A stretch of DNA of 64,000 bases, taken from IMG/VR virus record IMGVR_UViG_3300043539_001475, positions 1 to 64,000 of that record. One strand, written 5' to 3'. The notes under the pieces were generated by a model. It saw only the letters and a program-made list of their open reading frames with translations, searched no databases and had not been told where the DNA came from. A program made the position numbers and the translations under genes. The DNA is from a virus. Shown here piece by piece: positions 48,784 through 58,327 of this stretch; position 1 is the stretch's first letter; each line of letters begins with the position of its first letter.

Positions 48784-49602
48784 ATGGAAGAAAGAGAACC
48801 AAGATTAGGAGTAGCAGTTGGCAGAAAGGGTTGTGGCAAAACTTATACTACCAAACAAATGATACAAAAATATGTACAAGGAAACCCCTCGAAAGGGGTT
48901 ATTCCTCGTAGGGTATTAGTATTAGATGTTAACGATGAGTTTGAGGACATAAGGGCTATTAGGGTTAGTGATGTTATGCGTTTTTCCGCACACCCAAAAG
49001 TAGAAGCTAGAAGGATAAGACCATTGCATGAAAACGGAGTTAGAATGACACTTACTGAAATTCAAGAGGTGCTATTCAAAATCTTAAACGATTATAGAGG
49101 TGGGCTTTTATTGATTGAGGATATTAACAGATACATTTCTGATTATTTGCCTAATGACCTTGTGGGGGCTATATGCACCAACAGACATACGGATACAGAT
49201 ATTATTTTGCATTTTCAATCGGTAGGAAGGATTTCACCTAAAATATGGCAGAACTTGAATTGGATTAGGTTTCACAAAAATACCGATTCAGTAGATAAAC
49301 ACCGTACAAAGTTTGAGGACAAATACGAATTATTGAAATTAGTAGAGAACTATGTTAATGCCGAGTATCATGCAGGAGACCAAAGAATTTATATTTATGT
49401 AGATATAGATGATGAAAAAATAAAGGGAGTTGACCGTAAAAAGTTCGATGCTGTTTTAGACCAATATTTATCTGAAAATTACAGAAAGCTAATTTCCCCA
49501 ATGTTACAATCAAAGGATTTAGGTAAGGGCGCAAAGAAATATACACCTCAAGAAGCGGTGGCAATTCAAAAAGAACGAATAACCAAATATTATTTAACAT
49601 AA
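48784..49602 (+). CDS. A32-like / FtsK-HerA superfamily P-loop ATPase, candidate genome-packaging ATPase
   Basis: Walker A GRKGCGKT, VLVLDVNDEF, Walker B LLLIED, NRH arginine finger, IILHFQ sensor; single domain of 272 aa with no nuclease domain. Confidence 0.75.
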   Translation: MEEREPRLGVAVGRKGCGKTYTTKQMIQKYVQGNPSKGVIPRRVLVLDVNDEFEDIRAIRVSDVMRFSAHPKVEARRIRPLHENGVRMTLTEIQEVLFKILNDYRGGLLLIEDINRYISDYLPNDLVGAICTNRHTDTDIILHFQSVGRISPKIWQNLNWIRFHKNTDSVDKHRTKFEDKYELLKLVENYVNAEYHAGDQRIYIYVDIDDEKIKGVDRKKFDAVLDQYLSENYRKLISPMLQSKDLGKGAKKYTPQEAVAIQKERITKYYLT

Positions 49603-49720
49603 AAAAAATGAGTTAGTAGCTCATTATTTATATTTCGGCTTCCACTCCGACAACACAAATATAAAAAAAAATATTATCTTTACCATAAATAATCAATTTT
49701 TTAATTAAAAAAAAGAAAAA

Positions 49721-49984
49721 ATGGAAAAAAAATTAGAAGAAAAAAAAAGAGGGTTTATTGCAAAATTATTTTGTGAAAAAAACGAACCAAGTTCAAAAAG
49801 ATTTGTTGGCATTATAGGGTCAATAACATTATTTAGTACTTTATTTGCAAACAGCTTTACGCATATAAGCCAAGCACCAAGCGAAGCATTGGTAAACGCA
49901 GTAGCATTATTGTCTTTTGGTGCATTAGGTATCACTGGGGCAGAAAGAATATTTGGTAAAAAAGAAAATAATAACGAACAATAA
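49721..49984 (+). CDS. holin-like 2-TM protein
   Basis: SSKRFVG and two TMs; precedes the endolysin. Confidence 0.6.
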   Translation: MEKKLEEKKRGFIAKLFCEKNEPSSKRFVGIIGSITLFSTLFANSFTHISQAPSEALVNAVALLSFGALGITGAERIFGKKENNNEQ

Positions 49985-49996
49985 AAATTAAAAATT

Positions 49997-50464
49997 ATGA
50001 AATTATCAGAGCATTTGGATTTATCAGAAGTAACAAGAAGTGAAACTGCAAAAAGAAAAGGTATTAGCAACATGCCGACACCAGAGCATTTGGAAAATTT
50101 TAAAAAATTGGCTGAAAATATTTTTGAACCGATTAGAAAACATTTTGGAGTGCCAATTCACATTTCAAGTGGATATAGAAGCAAGGCTTTAAATACTGCT
50201 ATTGGCGGAAGTTTAACAAGTCAACATTGCCAAGGTGAGGCTATTGATATTGATATGGATGGTAGTTCTAATGGGGTTACTAACAAAATGGTATTTGACT
50301 ACATAAAAGCTAATCTAAATTTTGACCAATTAATTTTTGAGTTTGGAACAAAAGATGCACCTGATTGGGTACACGTTTCATTTGAATCAACTGGAAAACA
50401 ACGTAAGCAAATTTTAAGAGCAATTAAAAGTGGTGGTAAAACTGCATACCAACCTTATGCGTAA
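49997..50464 (+). CDS. peptidase M15 endolysin
   Basis: ISSGYRS, SQHCQGEAID, WVHVS. Confidence 0.9.
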   Translation: MKLSEHLDLSEVTRSETAKRKGISNMPTPEHLENFKKLAENIFEPIRKHFGVPIHISSGYRSKALNTAIGGSLTSQHCQGEAIDIDMDGSSNGVTNKMVFDYIKANLNFDQLIFEFGTKDAPDWVHVSFESTGKQRKQILRAIKSGGKTAYQPYA

Positions 50465-50488
50465 CATTTAACAGTTTAAATAGATTTA

Positions 50489-51604
50489 ATGAAAAACCTA
50501 TCAAAAGAAGAGTTATTGAGCAGATTGGAAGCAATCAATAGGAGCAATGCTATTATTTACTTTGACCTGCATGGTACTATATTAGGTGTCAATGACATTT
50601 TTTTAGAAGTAATGGGTTATGGAATAGGTAATCACGAAGAACTTATTGGAAAACACCATAGCACTTTTGTGTGTCAAGAATACGCAAAATCTCTTGAATA
50701 TGAGAAGTTTTGGGACATATTAAGAAGCGGTAAATATTATCAAGGAGAATTTGAACGAAGAAAAAAAGATGGAAGTCTTATCAATCTTCAAGCAACTTAT
50801 AATCCTATTTTTGATGATAGTGGCAAGATTACTAAAATAATGAAAATTGCTACTGATGTTAGTGCTATCGTTAGTAGTAAAAAACAGATAGATGCTATCA
50901 ATAGAAGTACAGCTCTTATTACTTTTAATGTTGAAGGAATCATAACAGATGTTAATTCTATATTTTTAGAAGCTATGGGATATAAATCTAATGAAAAAAC
51001 TAAAATAATTGGAAAGCATCATAGTATTTTTGTAACTTATCAGTATTCACAGTCTGATGAATATAACAATTTTTGGGAAAATTTAAGAAAAGGTAAGTTT
51101 TTTGATGGAATTTTTGAAAGGGTAAAAGTAGATGGTTCTACAATTTATTTACAAGCATCTTATAATCCTATCCTTGATAGTAAAGGCAACATTACAGATG
51201 TGGTTAAAATTGCAACTGATATTACGGAATCTATAAATAGTAAGAAAAAAATAGAGGAACTAACAAATAATTTGAAATTTGAATTGGAAAACTCACAAAA
51301 ACTTAAAGATTCAATAGAAGTCGAAAAAAATATGGCTTTGAATGATTTAGATGTAATGATAAAAAAAAGTCAAAGTGAACTGATAAAAATAATCGTTAAA
51401 TGTGCTTTAGCAGTAATAATTGGTGTTGGAATTGTAACTACTATATTATATTGGGTAGCGATTGTAACAAACAAAGAAACTCAAATAATTGGCTCAACTT
51501 GGAGTAATATGTTTAGTGTTTTATTGACAAACGCATTTTCAATAGTTGGTACAATTATGGGCATTAAATATGCCACTCAAGAAAATAATAATAAAAATAA
51601 TTAA
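50489..51604 (+). CDS. tandem PAS-PAC protein with coiled coil and two C-terminal TMs
   Basis: Two repeats AINRS.A.I.F...G.I..VN..FL..MGY...IGKHHS.FV...FW..LR.G...K.DGS.I.LQA.YNPI...K.ATD, resembling BdlA-type PAS domains. Confidence 0.88.
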   Translation: MKNLSKEELLSRLEAINRSNAIIYFDLHGTILGVNDIFLEVMGYGIGNHEELIGKHHSTFVCQEYAKSLEYEKFWDILRSGKYYQGEFERRKKDGSLINLQATYNPIFDDSGKITKIMKIATDVSAIVSSKKQIDAINRSTALITFNVEGIITDVNSIFLEAMGYKSNEKTKIIGKHHSIFVTYQYSQSDEYNNFWENLRKGKFFDGIFERVKVDGSTIYLQASYNPILDSKGNITDVVKIATDITESINSKKKIEELTNNLKFELENSQKLKDSIEVEKNMALNDLDVMIKKSQSELIKIIVKCALAVIIGVGIVTTILYWVAIVTNKETQIIGSTWSNMFSVLLTNAFSIVGTIMGIKYATQENNNKNN

Positions 51605-51609
51605 AAATT

Positions 51610-52260
51610 ATGATTACAACAATTAACAAAAATAGGATATTTACATGGGTATTACTAATATCTTGCTTGGTACTAGTTTCACAACTATTTCAAAAATGCG
51701 AAAGTGAGAAATTACAATTAGCTAACGTGGAAGCTCTAAATAGTCAATCTAAAGTTTATAAGCTTAAAAATGGACAATTAGTAACTAGCGTTGAAACTTT
51801 ATCTTATAGCAATAGTCAGTTAAAAAACTCTATTGTAATGAAAGATAAAAAAGTTAAAGAGCTAACTAATAAATTTTCTAAAGTTCAATCTCTTACAAAG
51901 TATGTTACAAACACAAAATTTGATACAATAGAGCTTCGATACAAAGATACCGTACCTTGCGTATTTGAAAGAAAAGATAGTTTATTAAAGGAATGGTATC
52001 ATATAGCTTATAAGTCAAATCAAAAGGGAATTGAAATAACCGAACTATCAATACCAGACAGTGTGATTGTAGTTACTGGAATTAAGAGAAAATGGTTTTT
52101 AGGTAAGCAAACACAAACCACAGATATAACTCATGCAAACCCATTTGTTCAGACTAACAATGTTCAACACATTGAAGTAGTAACTCAAAAAAAATGGTAC
52201 GATACTTTCCTATTTAAAGTCGGATTAGGATTTATAGGCGGAGTTTTAATAACTAAGTAA
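51610..52260 (+). CDS. spanin-like protein
   Basis: N-terminal TM, coiled coil, C-terminal hydrophobic end; last gene of the lysis cassette. Confidence 0.5.
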   Translation: MITTINKNRIFTWVLLISCLVLVSQLFQKCESEKLQLANVEALNSQSKVYKLKNGQLVTSVETLSYSNSQLKNSIVMKDKKVKELTNKFSKVQSLTKYVTNTKFDTIELRYKDTVPCVFERKDSLLKEWYHIAYKSNQKGIEITELSIPDSVIVVTGIKRKWFLGKQTQTTDITHANPFVQTNNVQHIEVVTQKKWYDTFLFKVGLGFIGGVLITK

Positions 52261-52289
52261 GTTACCAAAAAAATAATTAACTACTAAAC

Positions 52290-52315
52290 AGCTATCGGAA
52301 ACGGTGGCTTTTTTT
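52290..52315 (+). terminator. intrinsic terminator
   Basis: agctatcg-gaaa-cggtggct followed by a T-run. Confidence 0.7.
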
Positions 52316-52494
52316 GTGCTTTGTAAATTAAAAAAAATCTTTTCAAAAAAATTATTTCAGTTTATTTTTAAATAAATGCCTAGATACTTCTTTCATTTAA
52401 CATAATTTTGGATTGTAATTATATCTGAATATAATTATCATTTAAAATAAGTTTAGTTACAATCATTCTGAAATGAGAAACGAGATTAAAAAGG

Positions 52495-52555
52495 TTACAA
52501 AGATTACAAAGATTACAAAGATTACAAAGATTACAAAGATTACAAAGATTACAAA
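52495..52555 (+). repeat. 9-bp tandem repeat ttacaaaga (6 perfect units + 1 partial)
   Basis: Visible directly. Confidence 0.95.
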
Positions 52556-52693
52556 AACATTAGCCATCGTAATAGATGGAGTTTTAATAGCTAATTAAAT
52601 AGATAGAAAATTTTTATCTTCAAGGATTAGTTTGCCGAACAAAATTTAAGAGTAAAAAAACACAAAACACAAAACAAATAAAAACATAAAAAA

Positions 52694-53395
52694 ATGTCAG
52701 TAAGAAATTATTTAGCAAGAGCGCAAAGAAGCGCAATGGAGAATTTTTCTAATGCAGATGGATTTATAGATGATGATTTATCATTCTCTGGTGAAGACTT
52801 CTTCAATGCACAAGGAAATTCAATGATAGGGCAACAAGCGGCTCAAACGTCTCAACCATATATTATAGATATTACATCTACTTCTGGTTCAGCAGTATCA
52901 AATTTTGAAGTATTAGGGTCTTACCAATACATCAATAACGCAGGTTTTACACCAAACGGAGAATTGACTATTGGGTCAATTACAGTTAGTTCTGGAATTT
53001 CAGACATCTCTTATAGAGAGATGCTATATCAATTTATGAACAATCCTTATTCTGTTGGTTTGACTTATATTCAATCAGCTACGGCTAACCAAGTATTAGA
53101 AACTCTTTCAGTTAACACTAAAGATGCAAATGGTAACTTGGCTCAAAAGACTTTAGTTCCGACTATTGACCCTTACCAACAACAAACTACAATCATTGCA
53201 ATGAAATATGCTTATCGTATTGATGGTTTCACAAAAATCATCATCCGTCAAATTCTTGCAAATGCAACTGTAAAACTTTACTTCTACCCAGCAGACAACA
53301 TAAACCTTGCTCGTGCTTTAGGAGGACAGTCAGTTAGTAAACAATTTGGTTCTCCAAAAGTTGCTAGTGGACAAACTATTAAGATTGCGCAATAA
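52694..53395 (+). CDS. candidate major capsid protein (small, beta-rich, possibly jelly-roll) with N-terminal leader
   Basis: Alternating beta-strand pattern, no TM, codons suggestive of high expression (CGT, ATC, TTC), own strong terminator, heads the membrane-protein module near the ATPase. Confidence 0.5.
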   Translation: MSVRNYLARAQRSAMENFSNADGFIDDDLSFSGEDFFNAQGNSMIGQQAAQTSQPYIIDITSTSGSAVSNFEVLGSYQYINNAGFTPNGELTIGSITVSSGISDISYREMLYQFMNNPYSVGLTYIQSATANQVLETLSVNTKDANGNLAQKTLVPTIDPYQQQTTIIAMKYAYRIDGFTKIIIRQILANATVKLYFYPADNINLARALGGQSVSKQFGSPKVASGQTIKIAQ

Positions 53396-53431
53396 TTTAT
53401 GTTATTGAGGTAATCAAATTAATGTATAATT

Positions 53432-53471
53432 AAAGAGAGCAAGTCTGATTTAGTCAACTTGCTCTCTTTTT
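53432..53471 (+). terminator. strong intrinsic terminator
   Basis: aaagagagcaagt...acttgctctcttttt. Confidence 0.85.
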
Positions 53472-53487
53472 ATTTAAAATAAAAAAT

Positions 53488-53970
53488 ATGTCAGATTATA
53501 ACGATATTGCATTAAGAAATCCACAAGGAGCTGTAAGCGTTATATCCTCTTTCGGATATGAAATACTAGACCGAAGTAATTTAGGTCAAAGCTTAAACGA
53601 GTTAATAGCTCAAGAAGGTGAGCCAGCTTTAAGAAAAGTTATGGAAATACACCCAGACAAAGATGTTATTTTAGAATTATTTTCTAATAAAACTACAGAA
53701 CCAGAAAAAAACGGGTGTGGCTGTTCGTCTTGTAATGAAAAAAAATCCGATAAAATATTTGAGCGTAACTCTGAAGGAAATTTTGAAAGATATGAAAACT
53801 TCATTAACTTCAACGGAATACTAGAAGAAGCAAAAAAAACTGCTAGCACAACTGCTAACACAAATGCTAACACAACTTCTAATACTAATATTTTAGCACA
53901 TCAAACAAACAATATATTAATAGTCGCAAGTTTATTTATAGCGACTGTTTTAATTCTAAAAATTAAATAA
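53488..53970 (+). CDS. tail-anchored virion protein with CGCSSC motif
   Basis: HPDKDVIL, CGCSSC, ENFINFNG, C-terminal TM. Confidence 0.65.
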   Translation: MSDYNDIALRNPQGAVSVISSFGYEILDRSNLGQSLNELIAQEGEPALRKVMEIHPDKDVILELFSNKTTEPEKNGCGCSSCNEKKSDKIFERNSEGNFERYENFINFNGILEEAKKTASTTANTNANTTSNTNILAHQTNNILIVASLFIATVLILKIK

Positions 53971-53971
53971 A

Positions 53972-54739
53972 ATGAACGAACTATCAAATTTAGGGGCAGA
54001 TGTAATTGTAAACAGCGTTATAGAAAATAGAGGCGATGTTGTAGACTTACTTTTTAAAAACGGAGCAATAGTGCCTGACGACTTAACTAATTTAGAGTTG
54101 TCTCAAATAGTCACAGAGCTTTTAAAAAATTCAAGTAATTTCCAAAATGAATATTTGGATTTTATAACTAATCTTATAATTTCAAAAAATCAGATTGTAA
54201 CGAGTAATTATAGTAACTTAGATGGTGATTTTTACAATGAAGATGAGATGGGTAATTATAATAACGTAGAAGGAACTTTTTACGATGTAGATGAAATGAG
54301 TGATTATAATAACTTAGAAGGAACTTTTTACGATGAAGATGAAATGAGTGATTACAGTAATGCTGTAGGTAGCTTTTCAGATACTTTTAGCGTAGCTCCA
54401 AGTCCTTTTACTCCAAAAAATACAGCTCAGACTAGTCCAAGTACAGGTTCAACAAATACAACAACTACAACGCCAAGAACTGGATTTACGTTAGATAAAG
54501 GCTTAGATATTATAACCAAAGGTTTAAATGCTTTTTTAACTTTAGATACTAACAAAACAAATAGAGCTTTGGCAGATGCTTCTGTAAAAACTACTCAATC
54601 TTCAACGATTATTAGTACGCCAGATACATATACAAAAACTAAAAAATCAAATACTACAACGTATGTTATTTTAGCATTAGTGGGTGTTTTAGTAGTTGGT
54701 GGTGGAATTATGTATGCAGTTAAACGTAAAAATTCTTAA
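53972..54739 (+). CDS. tail-anchored protein with acidic 16-aa repeats
   Basis: YxNxxGxFYxxDEM repeated; C-terminal TM. Confidence 0.7.
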   Translation: MNELSNLGADVIVNSVIENRGDVVDLLFKNGAIVPDDLTNLELSQIVTELLKNSSNFQNEYLDFITNLIISKNQIVTSNYSNLDGDFYNEDEMGNYNNVEGTFYDVDEMSDYNNLEGTFYDEDEMSDYSNAVGSFSDTFSVAPSPFTPKNTAQTSPSTGSTNTTTTTPRTGFTLDKGLDIITKGLNAFLTLDTNKTNRALADASVKTTQSSTIISTPDTYTKTKKSNTTTYVILALVGVLVVGGGIMYAVKRKNS

Positions 54740-54741
54740 TT

Positions 54742-55053
54742 ATGTCTTTTTTTACAACAGACGCAGGACGAAACACTATAGGTGCAGGTATAAACAGTTT
54801 ATTGAGCTTAGGAGTAACAGCAGTAGGTGCTAATCAAGACAGAAAATTATTAGCAGGTCAAGCAAATATTTCGGCTCAACAAAATCAAACCGCAATAGAA
54901 GTCGAGAGAGAAAGAACAAGACAAGCTCAATTAAACCTCGAAGCTTCAAGGGCTAAAGCTCCAGAATCTGGAAGTAAGGCTCTTTACATTGGATTAGCAA
55001 TAGGAGGAGTAGTTATTTTAGGAGGTATTATTTTTGCGGTAACTAGAAAATAG
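54742..55053 (+). CDS. tail-anchored membrane protein
   Basis: Q/A-rich coiled coil, C-terminal TM. Confidence 0.65.
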   Translation: MSFFTTDAGRNTIGAGINSLLSLGVTAVGANQDRKLLAGQANISAQQNQTAIEVERERTRQAQLNLEASRAKAPESGSKALYIGLAIGGVVILGGIIFAVTRK

Positions 55054-55059
55054 AAAAAA

Positions 55060-55284
55060 ATGGGAGCAGTAAAAGGTTACATGGCAGATGTAAAAAGCAT
55101 TGTGAGTAAGGACAAAAGAGATATTCTATTGCATACATCAAAGGCTTCGGTTAACGGAGCTGTCACTGGTCTTGTGCTAGGACTAATGATAGGATATTAC
55201 AAAAACAAAAATGTTTATGTAAGTGGTCTTATAGGAGCCGTAGTTGGCGGTGTTGCCACTGCAATTATTGTATCTAAAAAATAA
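55060..55284 (+). CDS. small 2-TM glycine-zipper membrane protein
   Basis: GAVTGLVLGLMIG and GLIGAVVGG. Confidence 0.65.
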   Translation: MGAVKGYMADVKSIVSKDKRDILLHTSKASVNGAVTGLVLGLMIGYYKNKNVYVSGLIGAVVGGVATAIIVSKK

Positions 55285-55289
55285 AAAAA

Positions 55290-55775
55290 ATGGAAAATAA
55301 AACCACAATTGGTATTGGAGTTGTATTGTTAGCAGGTGTTGGGTATTACTTATACACCAAAAACAAAAAAAATCAAACTCCTTTGGTTAATATGCCAAAT
55401 AAACCTGCTTTACCTACTTTTGATAGGGATAAAGCTTCAAGAGAGTGGGCGGAATTGCAGTTTAAAAGAGAAGCTGAGTTTAGGGCTAAAAATAACGGCG
55501 TGGTTAAGCAAGGTGTCTCTTTGGTTACTGATGCAAAAACTGGAAAAATAACTGAGGTAGCTGTGATGAATAAAATTAAATCAGAGCTTAATCTTTACTA
55601 TGACATGTTAAAAGTTTTAAATTCTATTACAGATGATTCTGATGCTGAATTTATGTTTAATCAATATAAAACAATCTTTAAATCAGGTGATGATAGGAAT
55701 TATAAACCAGACTTAAATACTCAAATTAGAACGGATTCTATTCTAAAAAAATATCCAAGCGCAAGAATCGATTAA
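55290..55775 (+). CDS. N-terminal signal-anchor protein
   Basis: IGIGVVLLAGVGYYLYTKNKK. Confidence 0.65.
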   Translation: MENKTTIGIGVVLLAGVGYYLYTKNKKNQTPLVNMPNKPALPTFDRDKASREWAELQFKREAEFRAKNNGVVKQGVSLVTDAKTGKITEVAVMNKIKSELNLYYDMLKVLNSITDDSDAEFMFNQYKTIFKSGDDRNYKPDLNTQIRTDSILKKYPSARID

Positions 55776-55794
55776 TTAAAATAAAAAACAAAAA

Positions 55795-56076
55795 ATGGAT
55801 AATAAAAAAATTATTATAGGAGTTGGTGCAGTTGTTTTATTAGGTGTAGTTTACTACATGATGACAAAAAAGAAAGCGCCATATACAATACAATGGAAAG
55901 GAGACCCTACTGGGGCTGTTTTTGTAGTTATAAATGGTAAGAAATATGGTTTTATTAGTGGAAAAGCATTTGATGCTTATGGGCGTTCGGAGCCTAAATC
56001 AGTTACAAAAGAAGAAGTAGACGCTATTCCTAGTGGGGGAAGGGTTGACGAACTTGGAAAAGTTGTTCCGAATTAA
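55795..56076 (+). CDS. N-terminal signal-anchor protein with a small beta domain
   Basis: IIIGVGAVVLLGVVYY; GAVFVVINGKKYGF. Confidence 0.65.
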   Translation: MDNKKIIIGVGAVVLLGVVYYMMTKKKAPYTIQWKGDPTGAVFVVINGKKYGFISGKAFDAYGRSEPKSVTKEEVDAIPSGGRVDELGKVVPN

Positions 56077-56127
56077 AAACTGTATATGGAAAAGGTTTGA
56101 AAAAAAGGCATCAATAAAAATAAAAAC

Positions 56128-56802
56128 ATGAAGAAATTAAATTTATTAGGTATATTAGCGATAGGAGGAATTGGTTATTACTTGTTAAAAAACAAAAAAT
56201 CAAAGCCAATTTCTTCATCGTCAGCTCCATATACTAAAGAAATAACTTCGGAAAATAAATTAGTTGAATATCCTGTCAATACCTATGCTAAAATTAATAC
56301 AGCCCCATCGCCAATTACAAATTGGAGTGGAAATAATAACATGCCAACTCCAATAAAAGTCGATGTTAGCTCCGTTAGTACAATTAAGCCGAGTACAACT
56401 ACTGTAAAAAATAATTCAAGCGTAAAAATAGAAAATGCGTTATCGCCTCTAGGAATTGCTAATCCAAAAGCATTGCCTAAACTTAGTTTAATTGACGCTG
56501 TTAGTAAAACAGTATTTGATTTATATCCTAAAGACGGAATTTGGAAAGCAGAACCATGGCAATTAAATAATCCTTTATGGGATAGGTATGGAATTGAAAA
56601 AGCAATGAATGAAAATCACAGTAATTATATTGGAATGGGAACTAAATTTTTAATTTTAAATCCTTCTAAAAGAAACAAATATACTGCTTATGTAGACCAA
56701 TTTGGAAATATAATTGATGCTGGAAGGACTGCAAATGGCACGGCTATGGCTTCTGCTCTTGCAATTTCACAATATAGAATAAAAAATAACATACCTTTTT
56801 AA
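56128..56802 (+). CDS. N-terminal signal-anchor protein with S/T/P stalk
   Basis: LLGILAIGGIGYYLLKNKK. Confidence 0.65.
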   Translation: MKKLNLLGILAIGGIGYYLLKNKKSKPISSSSAPYTKEITSENKLVEYPVNTYAKINTAPSPITNWSGNNNMPTPIKVDVSSVSTIKPSTTTVKNNSSVKIENALSPLGIANPKALPKLSLIDAVSKTVFDLYPKDGIWKAEPWQLNNPLWDRYGIEKAMNENHSNYIGMGTKFLILNPSKRNKYTAYVDQFGNIIDAGRTANGTAMASALAISQYRIKNNIPF

Positions 56803-56816
56803 AAAAATAAAATAAA

Positions 56817-56930
56817 ATGGAAAATTTATCAAAAAATACAAAAATAATAATCGTATTAGGTCTTTTAGGATTATCTTATTATCTTTGGAATCAGCAGAAA
56901 AAAAATAAAAACACTAATTTAAAAAAATAA
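56817..56930 (+). CDS. 37-aa TM microprotein
   Basis: MENLSKNTKIIIVLGLLGLSYYLWNQQKK... Confidence 0.55.
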   Translation: MENLSKNTKIIIVLGLLGLSYYLWNQQKKNKNTNLKK

Positions 56931-56935
56931 TAATT

Positions 56936-57082
56936 ATGAGTCAGATACAAAATCAAAATATGTCAAAAAATGAAAAACAAAAATCTCTTACCAAAACTTT
57001 GGTTAGTGTGGGAGCGAGTGTATTGGTGCTGTTTGCAACCGTTTGGGTTATAGGCATTGCTTGGAAAAAAAGCCAAAACTAA
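56936..57082 (+). CDS. 48-aa TM microprotein
   Basis: ...TLVSVGASVLVLFATVWVIGIAWKKSQN*. Confidence 0.55.
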   Translation: MSQIQNQNMSKNEKQKSLTKTLVSVGASVLVLFATVWVIGIAWKKSQN

Positions 57083-57094
57083 TAATTTTAGATT

Positions 57095-57223
57095 ATGGAT
57101 AAAAAAACAATCGGGAGCATTTTAGTAGTCTTAGGGATAGGTGCTTTAACTTATCTATATGTCGGCTACCTTAGACCTAAACAACAAGGAATACAAGACG
57201 CATTACGAGAAAATAAAAAATAA
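57095..57223 (+). CDS. 42-aa TM microprotein
   Basis: MDKKTIGSILVVLGIGALTYLYVGYL... Confidence 0.55.
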   Translation: MDKKTIGSILVVLGIGALTYLYVGYLRPKQQGIQDALRENKK

Positions 57224-57228
57224 CAACA

Positions 57229-57534
57229 ATGGAAGATGAATTATTGGGTAAAAGTGCAAATCAGCTATGGAAAGAAAGCGGAACTACTTTAAGTTTTAAA
57301 GATTGGATTCAAAGAGAAAAAGAAAAGGGAATGTTAATTCCTAATAAATTAATTAATGATTCCATTGCTTTAATTAAGAGTAGGGTTGGCATAAGAGATA
57401 GCGAAATTAGCAATGTTTCTTTAGAACAAGGAACTTCTAAAACAGTTTTAGGATTAAATAAATTGGCTATAATATCAAGTGTTTTAATTATTGGGGGGGC
57501 TTTGGCTTACAACTTTTATAAAAAAAGAAAGTAA
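57229..57534 (+). CDS. tail-anchored membrane protein
   Basis: C-terminal LAIISSVLIIGGALAYNFYKKRK. Confidence 0.65.
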   Translation: MEDELLGKSANQLWKESGTTLSFKDWIQREKEKGMLIPNKLINDSIALIKSRVGIRDSEISNVSLEQGTSKTVLGLNKLAIISSVLIIGGALAYNFYKKRK

Positions 57535-57536
57535 AT

Positions 57537-58322
57537 ATGAATTTTAGACTTCAGACAAGATACGATGAGATGTGTTTGGTTATCAATTTAGCCGTAAAAA
57601 CACCAACAGTTGTAAGAATAAAAATTTATGACGAAATGAAGCCTAAAATAGTCTTTACAGATAGGTATAAAACTGTTTTTTCAGAAGAAACTTTTTATGT
57701 TAGATTGCCCCTTACATCTGATAACATAGTAATTTCTATTTATGATGATAAAATAGGTAATATGCCAAAGGAACAAGAGAATAATATAATGATTAAAGTA
57801 ATTGATAAAATTCCTTTGGAAAAAAGACTTGATGTAGTTGATGTAAAAAATAGAACCGTTGCTAATTTTATAAATTTCGCTCAGAGGTTTTGTTATAATT
57901 CAGCATATTTAGAATCTAATAAAGCGTACCAATCTGATGATGGAGAGTTTTTAATAGAACTTGAACCATATATAACTGGAAAAAACGGAAATACTTTAAC
58001 AACGCCAGCAAGAATCTCTAAAGTAACTGGAAGGATTCAAGTGTCAAAAAAAGAATTTGATACCTATACAGTGCCTATGAAGTTTGCTATTTTGTGCCAT
58101 GAGTTTTCGCATTTTTATTTGAATGAAAATATGGACGATGAGAGCGAAGCAGATATAAATGGTTTGTTAATATATTTAGGATTAGGTTATCCTAGAATTG
58201 AGGGATACCAAGCTTTTTTAGAAGTTTTTAAGGACAGCCCTAACGAGCAGAATAAAAAGCGTTTCGACAGAATTGATGCTTTCATACAAAATTTTGAAAA
58301 AAATAAAATGATTTTACAATAA
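57537..58322 (+). CDS. HExxH zinc metallopeptidase
   Basis: FAILCHEFSHF...ESEAD (HExxH plus downstream E ligand). Confidence 0.78.
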   Translation: MNFRLQTRYDEMCLVINLAVKTPTVVRIKIYDEMKPKIVFTDRYKTVFSEETFYVRLPLTSDNIVISIYDDKIGNMPKEQENNIMIKVIDKIPLEKRLDVVDVKNRTVANFINFAQRFCYNSAYLESNKAYQSDDGEFLIELEPYITGKNGNTLTTPARISKVTGRIQVSKKEFDTYTVPMKFAILCHEFSHFYLNENMDDESEADINGLLIYLGLGYPRIEGYQAFLEVFKDSPNEQNKKRFDRIDAFIQNFEKNKMILQ

Positions 58323-58327
58323 AAATT

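Noticed and set aside
48784-49602. Terminase large subunit or inovirus Zot
   Set aside because: Too short and lacks a nuclease domain for TerL; no TM segment, and the genome is far too large for an inovirus
52495-52555. CRISPR array
   Set aside because: Contiguous 9-bp units with no spacers and no cas genes
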